This document shows, in pieces, positions 30,306-37,804 of a stretch of DNA of 64,000 nt. The position numbers were made by a program, and so were the translations under genes. The stretch spans positions 1,781-65,780 of the forward strand of contig CAYIRC010000002.1 in the NCBI GenBank assembly GCA_964365855.1. Direction: 5' to 3'. The DNA is from Candidatus Woesearchaeota archaeon. Its GTDB lineage: Archaea > Nanobdellota > Nanobdellia > Pacearchaeales > GW2011-AR1. Below the pieces are notes generated by a model. That model saw only the letters and a program-made list of their open reading frames with translations, ran no database searches and was not told the DNA's origin. Position 1 is the first letter of the stretch. Every line of letters starts with the position of its first letter.

Positions 30306-30410
30306 TCTCTCCTCTTTATTTATATTGGAAGAAGGATATTTAAATTCTTCTGTAAGTTATTCCAATCTCAAATAAACAAGATTTTTAAATAGTAAAGAAT
30401 TAAACACCTT

Positions 30411-30743
30411 ATGAAAGAGGTGAAAAAGCCATGGGGCACGGAAAAGCATTTTATTATAAACAAAAAATGCACAGTAAAAATACTTCATATTAGCCCCAAT
30501 GAAATTTTAAGCCTGCAAAAACATAAAAAAAGAGAAGAAGAGTGGTATTTTTTAACAGAAGGATACATTCAAGTCGAAAATAAAAAATTTAAAGTAAAGA
30601 AAAATTCTTTTATCACTATCCCAAGAAAAAAACTTCATAGGCTTTTTGCAAAAAATAAAAATGTAGAAGTCTTAGAGATTTGCACAGGCAAATTTGATAA
30701 AAATGACGAAATAAGATTGGAAGATAAATATGGCCGGAAATAA
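30411..30743 (+). CDS. cupin-domain protein (mannose-6-phosphate isomerase type II C-terminal-like)
   Basis: KPWGTEKHF...ISPNEILSLQKHKKREEEWY follows the cupin_2 pattern. Confidence 0.6.
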   Translation: MKEVKKPWGTEKHFIINKKCTVKILHISPNEILSLQKHKKREEEWYFLTEGYIQVENKKFKVKKNSFITIPRKKLHRLFAKNKNVEVLEICTGKFDKNDEIRLEDKYGRK

Positions 30744-31563
30744 GGGAAAAAAAATAATAGCAATTGATATCGGAGGCACAAATGTAAGAGTTTCTCTTGT
30801 CAAGGATAAAAAAATTCTGAAGTATATAAAAAAACCCACGCCAAAAACAACACAAGAAATAATCAAAGAGCTTTTCTCGCTTATTGACAGCTTGATTGAT
30901 AAAGATGTAAAAGGAATTGGAATAGGGTGCCCAGGGCCTCTTAAAAATGGGGTAATACAAAGCCCGCCAAATCTTCCTTTTAGAAACTTTAATTTAAAGA
31001 AAACAATACAGGATAAATATAAAATCAAAACAATTGTTGATAATGACGCAAAATGCGTTGCTTTGGCAGAATATAATTATGGATTCAAAAAGAAAGACTT
31101 TATTGTCCTAACAATAGGGACAGGAATTGGAGGAGGCATATTTATTAATGGCAAACTTTATCGGGGAAGCAGTGGTTATGGGGGAGAACTTGGGCATATT
31201 ATTATCGACAATGGAAAAACATTTGAAGAGTTTGCAGCCTCAAAAAATTTAAAAAAACTCACTTATGAAGCATTTGGAAAAGAAATGCTGATTAAAGAAT
31301 TATTTAAAATAAAAAATAACAAAGCAAAAAAAATTCTTGATGAGTTAAGCGAGTATATAGGCCAGGGTATAGGCTCATTAATCAATATTTTTGACCCTGA
31401 AATTGTTGTTATAAGCGGCGGAATAAAAGAAAATGGGCCGGCATTTTTAAATATGATAAGGAAAAAAGCAGGAAAATATTCAATTCTGCCAAAAAAAACA
31501 AGAATTGAATGGATTAAATTAGACCATCCAGGAACTCTCGGAGCATCATTGCTTATAAAATGA
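30730..31563 (+). CDS. ROK-family glucokinase
   Basis: IAIDIGGTNVRVSLV, DNDAKCVALAEYNYG, GTGIGGGIFINGKLYRGSSGYGGELGHI ROK signatures. Confidence 0.85.
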   Translation: MAGNKGKKIIAIDIGGTNVRVSLVKDKKILKYIKKPTPKTTQEIIKELFSLIDSLIDKDVKGIGIGCPGPLKNGVIQSPPNLPFRNFNLKKTIQDKYKIKTIVDNDAKCVALAEYNYGFKKKDFIVLTIGTGIGGGIFINGKLYRGSSGYGGELGHIIIDNGKTFEEFAASKNLKKLTYEAFGKEMLIKELFKIKNNKAKKILDELSEYIGQGIGSLINIFDPEIVVISGGIKENGPAFLNMIRKKAGKYSILPKKTRIEWIKLDHPGTLGASLLIK

Positions 31564-32414
31564 ATCAAAAAATAACAAAAAAAGTAAGGGCGCCAGTAAG
31601 AATAGATTTTGCAGGAGGAACTACAGATATAGAACCCTTTGTTTCAAGACATCATGGATGTGTTCTAAATGCAGCAATAAACAAATATGTTACAGGCATA
31701 CTTGTTGCAGACAGCAAGAAAACGCATCTTGAATATACGGGGAATATTCCAACATCTTCGGGTTTAGGAACTAGCGGGGTGATGAATCTTGTATGGCTCG
31801 CTTTGATATCCAAAGAAAAAGATAAGAAAAAACTTGCAGAAAATGTTTATAAATTGGAGCAAAGTCAAGGGCTTATAGGTGGCAAACAAGACCAGTATGC
31901 CTCTGCTTTAGGCGGTATAAATTTCCTTGAATTCAATAAAGGAGAAGTGAAGATTACAAGCTTGAATCTTAATAAAAGATTAATACAAGAACTAGAAAAT
32001 CATCTTGTTCTTGTTTATACTGGCAAGCCTCATTTTTCCGGAAATTCCAATAAAAAAATGATAGATAATATTATTTCTGGAAAGAATATCCAAAACTTGA
32101 TTAGAATAAAAAATATAGCAATAGAAATGAAAAATTCTCTTCTTTTGGGCAACCTTGATAGATTTGCTGAACTGATGAATGAAGAAACAGAGAATAGAAA
32201 AAAACTCCATTATTCTATTGTTCCAGAGAGAATAGAAAGTATAATAGAAAAAAGCAGGGAAAATGGGGCAATTGCAGCAAAGATATGCGGAAGTGGCGGT
32301 GGCGGAAGCATCTTATTTTATGGGGATAAAAAAAGATTAAAAAATTATTTTAAGGATAAAATAATTGACTTTAAATTTGATTTTAAAGGTTTAGAATGGA
32401 TTAACTCTGGCTAA
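31560..32414 (+). CDS. GHMP-family kinase (small sugar/sugar-acid kinase)
   Basis: PTSSGLGTSGV (GHMP motif II) and ICGSGGGGSILFY (motif III). Confidence 0.65.
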   Translation: MNQKITKKVRAPVRIDFAGGTTDIEPFVSRHHGCVLNAAINKYVTGILVADSKKTHLEYTGNIPTSSGLGTSGVMNLVWLALISKEKDKKKLAENVYKLEQSQGLIGGKQDQYASALGGINFLEFNKGEVKITSLNLNKRLIQELENHLVLVYTGKPHFSGNSNKKMIDNIISGKNIQNLIRIKNIAIEMKNSLLLGNLDRFAELMNEETENRKKLHYSIVPERIESIIEKSRENGAIAAKICGSGGGGSILFYGDKKRLKNYFKDKIIDFKFDFKGLEWINSG

Positions 32415-34608
32415 TTTTTTTAAGTTCTTCAAGCATCAATCGCGAAGTTAAGTACACAATAGTAGATTCTGCACCCTGATTCATATTCATCTCTCTTTCT
32501 GCCAGTCCATCATAGCATCCGCCAGTAGTTTCATCATATATCATTTGTTTAAGGTGGTTTTTTCCAAGGAACCAATTAAATGCCAGCACAGATTTATCGT
32601 AATAATCTTTCTTGCCAGTTATCCTATAAGCAGCAATATATACTTGGACCATAGCTGCAGCATCAATTGGCTGCTGGTCAAAAAAAGCTCTCTCGCCATT
32701 TCTCTTGCACCATCCACTCTCACCTATAGGATATAAACAATTATTAATCAATACAATATTTGATAAAAATTCAAGAGTTGTCTCAGCAATCTCAAGGTAC
32801 TGCTTATTATCTGTTAATTCGCCTGCTAAAAATAATGCTTCAGATAAAATAGAATTGGAATAAGTTAATTTATCTTCAAACCATTTCCAGTCCTCAGAAT
32901 AATTATTCTTATACATATCGGCAAAATAATCTGCAAGCTCTTTTATCTTTTCTAATTTTTCTGTTTCTTGAGTTTTTTTGTAATGATAATATAGCCCAAA
33001 GATAATAAAAGCTTTTGCTCTAGGCGAGTTTATTGTATCAATGATTTTATATGCTTTATCAAAAATAACCTTTGCCCTTTCAACTTTCTCTTTATCTTTC
33101 TCTTCGCTCATATAATATCCAAGCGCCCAAATTGTCCTGCCAAAAGCATCTTCGCTATACGGCCTCAAAATCTCATTTTCATTTTTAAAATTATTTTTAA
33201 AATCCTGGGATTGCTCTAAAAACTTAAGATAGATTTCAGACAAGTCTTGAGACATGTTAGATTCAAAAATTTTATTATAAAGTGTTGTGACAATTAATGC
33301 CCTTGCATTATCATCTAAAGTATATCCAGAGCTTTTGTCAGGCATAGAATCTTTAGAAAATTGCAAACATCCAAAATTATCTGTAAGATTTCTCAAATGG
33401 TTCAGTTTAATCTTAGGATATTTTTCAGTCACATCTTTCCTTAATTTTACAATCTTGTTGAATATTCCAAGATATCTTGTAGCGACAACAGGCCAAGTCA
33501 TAGCTCTGCTAAAAGAATATGCATTCTTTTCAAGCCTTAATTTTAATTCAGGGTCAGATAATATTTGATTGATTGCTTTCTCTATAGAAGAAGAATTATT
33601 CATTTCTACAATAAGCCCCCTTTCATTCTTCAATATTTCTTTAGAATATTCAATAGGTGTTGAAACTACAGCCTTTCCGCATCCCAAAGCATATGATAAT
33701 GTCCCGCTAACAATTTGATTGCTGTTTATATTCGTGCATAAATAAATGTCCGAAGCCAAAAGATACTCTACTATTTCTTTTAGGCGAACATATTTATTAT
33801 AAAATTTTACATGCTCTTTCAATCCAAGCTTCTCTACTTCCTTTATAAGCTCGTTTCTATAACTCTCTCCCTCTGTCCCCCTCACTTTCGGATGAGTTTC
33901 ACCCAAAACAATATAAAGTAAATTAGGATATTTTTTTACAAGATTGGGCAAAGCATGTATAACATGCTCTATGCCCTTGCCTCTGCTCAATAATCCAAAA
34001 GTTAGCAAAACAGTTTTGTTTTGTAATTTTAATTTCTTTTTATAATAATTGCTCTTTTTTAATGATACATTTGGGATTCCATGATATATAAGATAAATTT
34101 TATTTTTTTTCACCCCGTAATCCTTATTCAAAATCTCAATTGCTCTCTTAGCCATAACAACTACAGCAGAGCACTTATCGCATATATAACTTACAATTCT
34201 TTTTCTTTTTTCATCAGGATTTGGCAGAACACTATGAAAAGTAACAACAGACGGCTTTTCTAATTTATCCAAAAAAGGGATTAAATAATTTCCAAATTCA
34301 CCGCCAAAAATTCCAAATTCATGCTGGATGCAAACAAGCTTGATATCTTTAGATTTATTTATCTCTTCGGCTTTATTGATAAAATCTTCAATATTCTCTC
34401 GATTTATCTCCATAGTAACCTTCTTACTGTAATTCTGTATTCCAGTTTCATCATTTAATGCAATTACCATTGATTTTAATTTTGGATTAAATCTCTTGTC
34501 CATTGCAGTCACAAGATCTTTTGTAAATGTAGCTATTCCGCACTCATAAGGGGGGAAATTGCTCAGAAAAAATATCTTTGAATTTTGAATATCAATCTCT
34601 TTATCCAT
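32401..34608 (-). CDS. fusion protein: N-terminal GT4 glycosyltransferase plus a C-terminal six-hairpin (alpha/alpha)6 glycosidase/epimerase-like domain
   Basis: N-terminal ~380 aa show a GT4 pattern (NFPPYECGIATFTKDL, LLSRGKGIEHV, E-x7-E-like). The C-terminal ~350 aa are rich in W/Y/D hairpin-repeat segments (RTIWALGYY, DWKWFEDKLTYSNSILSEAL, PIGESGWC). Confidence 0.6.
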   Translation of the reverse strand: MDKEIDIQNSKIFFLSNFPPYECGIATFTKDLVTAMDKRFNPKLKSMVIALNDETGIQNYSKKVTMEINRENIEDFINKAEEINKSKDIKLVCIQHEFGIFGGEFGNYLIPFLDKLEKPSVVTFHSVLPNPDEKRKRIVSYICDKCSAVVVMAKRAIEILNKDYGVKKNKIYLIYHGIPNVSLKKSNYYKKKLKLQNKTVLLTFGLLSRGKGIEHVIHALPNLVKKYPNLLYIVLGETHPKVRGTEGESYRNELIKEVEKLGLKEHVKFYNKYVRLKEIVEYLLASDIYLCTNINSNQIVSGTLSYALGCGKAVVSTPIEYSKEILKNERGLIVEMNNSSSIEKAINQILSDPELKLRLEKNAYSFSRAMTWPVVATRYLGIFNKIVKLRKDVTEKYPKIKLNHLRNLTDNFGCLQFSKDSMPDKSSGYTLDDNARALIVTTLYNKIFESNMSQDLSEIYLKFLEQSQDFKNNFKNENEILRPYSEDAFGRTIWALGYYMSEEKDKEKVERAKVIFDKAYKIIDTINSPRAKAFIIFGLYYHYKKTQETEKLEKIKELADYFADMYKNNYSEDWKWFEDKLTYSNSILSEALFLAGELTDNKQYLEIAETTLEFLSNIVLINNCLYPIGESGWCKRNGERAFFDQQPIDAAAMVQVYIAAYRITGKKDYYDKSVLAFNWFLGKNHLKQMIYDETTGGCYDGLAEREMNMNQGAESTIVYLTSRLMLEELKKISQS

Positions 34609-34632
34609 TTTTTATCGAGGACATTAATATTT

Positions 34633-34744
34633 TCCCATACATTGTCCTTAACTACAGCAAGATTTGCTCACAAATTGCAAATCTTGTGTGCTCAAGAACT
34701 TTCAGTTCTTGACATTTATGGAAAGACTAATGTCTTTCACTATA
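34633..34744. repeat. 112-bp direct repeat, copy 1; contains three predicted hairpins
   Basis: Identical to 34933-35044 when read from the sequence. Internal inverted repeats: CAAGATTTGC/GCAAATCTTG, TCAAGAAC/GTTCTTGA, AAGAC/GTCTT. Confidence 0.85.
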
Positions 34745-34932
34745 AATTATCAAATAAGTTTATAAAACATTCTATTTTCAGGAGCGATGAAGATGACAGA
34801 TTTAGCAATCCTGCGATATTTGTATGATTTCTTAGGGATTATAGTCAAGGACATCACAAGGTCCTTAAGTTTGTTCGTGGACTTTGGGAGACAGAAAACA
34901 AAACAAGAGTCATATGTTTTCTGTATTAATAA

Positions 34933-35044
34933 TCCCATACATTGTCCTTAACTACAGCAAGATTTGCTCACAAATTGCAAATCTTGTGTGCTCAAGAACT
35001 TTCAGTTCTTGACATTTATGGAAAGACTAATGTCTTTCACTATA
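34933..35044. repeat. 112-bp direct repeat, copy 2 (exactly 300 bp from copy 1)
   Basis: Identical to 34633-34744. Confidence 0.85.
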
Positions 35045-35128
35045 GATATAAATGAAGACTGCAGAGGGGATATTTTGAATTTGCTGAGAGTAAGAAATTG
35101 CCTTGAAAAGAGATGCAAATAGTGCAAG

Positions 35129-35202
35129 TGGTCCCGACGGGATTTGAACCCGCGACACCTAGGTTAAAAGCCTAGTGCTCTACCAAGCTGAGCTACGAGA
35201 CC
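35129..35202 (-). tRNA. tRNA-Lys (anticodon UUU), no encoded CCA
   Basis: Reverse complement is GGTCTCGTAGCTCAGCTTGGTAGAGCACTAGGCTTTTAACCTAGGTGTCGCGGGTTCAAATCCCGTCGGGACCA. It gives a 7-bp acceptor stem, D and T arms (GTTCAAATC) and an anticodon loop CTTTTAA. Confidence 0.85.
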
Positions 35203-35313
35203 ATAATATTTTCAGAAAAAGTAGTTATTTAAATCTTTTTTAAAGGGTTTTTTCCAGGATTAACTTTTTGGTAAATGCTCCTTTTTTATGTACTTTCTTA
35301 TCTTTTTTAATAT

Positions 35314-35631
35314 CTAAGGATTCTTTAGTAATTCCTTTAAATTTACAGATATAGTCAAGGACATTAATATTTCTGCAGTTTGTCGTTGACTAGATAGGGA
35401 AAGACTTATGTCTTTCACTATAGCATCAACGACTTCTAGTACATCAATTAACTCATCAGGATTATTATCTTTTATAAATTCATTAACTTCTTCAAAAAGT
35501 TTTTCTTTTAGTTTTTCATAGTATTCATTATCATCAGCAATATGTACAACAAATTTATCTCCTGATTTCTCAATAATTTCAGGAATTCTGTCTCTTACCA
35601 GTTTATTATAGTCTGTCTTTAAAAATTGATT
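35314..35631 (-). pseudogene. MazG-like nucleotide pyrophosphohydrolase ORF without a canonical start codon
   Basis: Minus-strand frame reads NQFLKTDYNKLVRDRIPEIIEKSGDKFVVHIADDNEYYEKLKEKLFEEVNEFIKDNNPDELIDVLEVVDAIVKD..., with the MazG EExxE / EExxD motifs. It is bounded upstream by TAG and has no ATG/GTG/TTG start. Its 3' part runs through the degenerate repeat copy. Confidence 0.4.
35359..35422. repeat. degenerate, internally deleted third copy of the 112-bp repeat family
   Basis: Shares GGACATTAATATT (as at 34619-34631) and GGAAAGACT(T/A)ATGTCTTTCACTATA with copies 1 and 2. Confidence 0.6.
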
Positions 35632-35938
35632 CTAGTGTATCAATCAGTTCACTTTTTTGCATTAGTCCTATTACCCTGTTTACTTCTTTTTTGTTTTTTA
35701 GAAATATAACTGCAGGTATCCCCATTATCTCAAATTTTTGTGCTAAATCACTTTCTTCATCAACATTAATCTTCCCGAATTTTACTTTGCCTTTAAACTC
35801 TTTTGCAGCCTCTTCGAAAATAGATGACATCATCTTGCAGGGCATGCACCACTCAGCCCAGAAATCAATAACCCAATTGCCCTTTAAAGTAAGCTCATTA
35901 AAATTATCAGATGTTAATTGTATAGCATGCTCGCTCAT
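35606..35938 (-). CDS. trxA: thioredoxin
   Basis: 110 aa; WAEWCMPCKM (WCxPC) active site. Confidence 0.9.
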   Translation of the reverse strand: MSEHAIQLTSDNFNELTLKGNWVIDFWAEWCMPCKMMSSIFEEAAKEFKGKVKFGKINVDEESDLAQKFEIMGIPAVIFLKNKKEVNRVIGLMQKSELIDTLESIFKDRL

Positions 35939-35974
35939 ATTTCATTATGGCCAAGAGCATTAATAAATATTATT

Positions 35975-36066
35975 ATGTCAAGATGCTTGACGAAAACCAC
36001 ATCTTGAAAGATGTGGTTGCATCTTGATCATCCAAAAGTCCAAAACAAAAACTCAAGAACTTTTTG
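35975..36066. repeat. ~90-bp palindromic intergenic element, copy A (between divergent trxA and pcm)
   Basis: ATGTCAAGATGCTTGACGAAAACCACATCTTGAAAGATGTGGTTGCATCTTGA... with nested inverted repeats GTCAAG-N3-CTTGAC, AACCACATCTT-N3-AAGATGTGGTT and outer TCAAGATGC/GCATCTTGA. ~93% identical to the reverse complement of 57404-57493. Confidence 0.8.
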
Positions 36067-36130
36067 ATATATTGATATCAAAGTGCATTTCCACAAGGTA
36101 TTTATTCTTGCTTTTATATACATAATAATG

Positions 36131-36730
36131 AACAAAGCCGAACTGCTTGAATATCTTAAATCACGCGGGTTTTCAGAAAAAATAATAAACGCATTTGATA
36201 AAGTAAAACGAGAAGATTTTATCCTAAAAAATATGAAAGAGTATGCATACGAAAATATGCCTTTATTAATTGGCCATGACCAGACAATTTCACAACCCCA
36301 TACAATTGCATTCATGCTTAATCTTCTTAATCCAAAAGAAGGCCAGAAAATTCTTGAAATTGGCTCTGGTTCAGGTTATGTTCTTGCATTAATGTCAGAA
36401 ATTACAAATCATAGTGAAATATACGGAATTGAAATAATCAAAGAGCTTGTAGATAAATCAAAAAAAGCTTTATCAAAATATGAAAATATAACAGTAATTA
36501 ATGCAAATGGATTTAATGGCCTTCCAGATAAAGCCCCTTTCGACAGGATTTTAATCAGTGCATCTGCTTCAGAAATCCCAGAGCATCTTTATTATCAATT
36601 GAATGACCTGGGAATTATTGTTGCATCAGTTAAAGACTCAATTTTTCAGATAAAAAAAGAAAAAGGAAAGATAACAAAAAAAGAATTTCCAGGATTTGCC
36701 TTCGTTCCTTTAATTGAAGATAAAATTTAA
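36131..36730 (+). CDS. pcm: protein-L-isoaspartate O-methyltransferase
   Basis: Likely start MNKAELLEYL at 36131 (ORF track starts at 36083). GHDQTISQPHTIAFMLNLL and ILEIGSGSGY motifs. Confidence 0.88.
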   Translation, partial: NKAELLEYLKSRGFSEKIINAFDKVKREDFILKNMKEYAYENMPLLIGHDQTISQPHTIAFMLNLLNPKEGQKILEIGSGSGYVLALMSEITNHSEIYGIEIIKELVDKSKKALSKYENITVINANGFNGLPDKAPFDRILISASASEIPEHLYYQLNDLGIIVASVKDSIFQIKKEKGKITKKEFPGFAFVPLIEDKI

Positions 36731-36731
36731 T

Positions 36732-37283
36732 TTATATATTAAGAATAATCACTAATCCGATAAAATGCAGTATAAAGCTACTTACAGCTAAAACGGATTG
36801 ATTAATTTTAGGAAGCCCTGCCAGCATCATAAGTCCAGCTTCATCAGGCAAAGGAGTTAATATTAAAAATTCTGCAAAAATAAACATTAAATACAATTTT
36901 ATCTTATGCCCCAGGCTTCTATCAAGAAGTGTGCTGATTTCTCTAATTGTTTTTGTATTTTCCAGTCTGGTAAATTCATCTTTAAATAAAAATCTCAAAA
37001 AATTAAAAATTAATAAATCTGAAAGCAGGGCAGCAAAACTCCCAATCAGCAAAGCAGGCCAAAAATTTACAGGGTCTAGCTTGATAAAAAATCCAACAGC
37101 AAGCGGAGTTAAAAACCCAAAACCCAAAAATAATCCTCCAATGAAAATTCCAAGATAATGCAAACTTCCAAGATTAGATATAATATTAGAAATACTGGGA
37201 TTCTTAAAAATAAAATACGATGCAATAATCATAACTCCAAAGAATGCAATCTTCGGATACCTAAATTTGAATAGCCTTTTCAT
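36732..37283 (-). CDS. hypothetical integral membrane protein
   Basis: 183 aa with several hydrophobic helices; no recognisable motif. Confidence 0.5.
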   Translation of the reverse strand: MKRLFKFRYPKIAFFGVMIIASYFIFKNPSISNIISNLGSLHYLGIFIGGLFLGFGFLTPLAVGFFIKLDPVNFWPALLIGSFAALLSDLLIFNFLRFLFKDEFTRLENTKTIREISTLLDRSLGHKIKLYLMFIFAEFLILTPLPDEAGLMMLAGLPKINQSVLAVSSFILHFIGLVIILNI

Positions 37284-37344
37284 GTCTTTTTAAATAAAAA
37301 GATATATAAAAATCTATATCTAAGGGTTTCTAGTGTATTAATAA

Positions 37345-37740
37345 TTATTCTCCATGGAATAATTCTCCCGCATCTTCTATTCTTTTTCCAATACCATCAA
37401 AATGCATATTTTCGGATCTTTCAAAAAGAAAGACGCTTCTGAGTTTATGAATATGTTTAAATCCGGCCAAATATGCAGCCGCGTCTTGAACCCTAACTAC
37501 TGTATTTTGCGGAATTTGAGCTGTTCGGTCATAGCCGGATGATGTTTTTGATATTCCTGAAAGCTCAACTATTTGCTTTTCGTCTTCTACAACAACACAA
37601 ACACCATTTAAAGCATACAAATCATATTGATGAACGCCTCCTGCAAAATTATCTTTTTCAGTTTTAATCTCAGGGGGAAACTGTCCCTGTTGGATTTTTC
37701 CCCATCCAAATTCATCAATAACTTCTTTTAATTTTTTCAT
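37345..37740 (-). CDS. hypothetical protein (131 aa)
   Basis: ORF only; no recognisable motif. Confidence 0.45.
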   Translation of the reverse strand: MKKLKEVIDEFGWGKIQQGQFPPEIKTEKDNFAGGVHQYDLYALNGVCVVVEDEKQIVELSGISKTSSGYDRTAQIPQNTVVRVQDAAAYLAGFKHIHKLRSVFLFERSENMHFDGIGKRIEDAGELFHGE

Positions 37741-37804
37741 TAAGCTCTGAATTAAAAATATCTTTATAATTTTATCTGTAACTTGATATAGATATTGCTA
37801 TGGC

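Noticed and set aside
34585-34827. 80-aa ORF from the track
   Set aside because: It runs straight through repeat copy 1 and the repeat hairpins, and the same DNA in copy 2 is read in a different frame, so it is most likely non-coding.
34633-35044. The two 112-bp direct repeats as a CRISPR array
   Set aside because: There are only two full copies, the unit is far longer than CRISPR repeats (about 24-48 bp), the spacing is fixed at 300 bp, and there are no cas genes. I treat it as a repeat/recombination hotspot instead.
35040-35210. Integrase or att-site remnant next to tRNA-Lys
   Set aside because: No tyrosine/serine recombinase ORF exists within several kb, and the tRNA appears intact. An integration scar remains possible but is unsupported.
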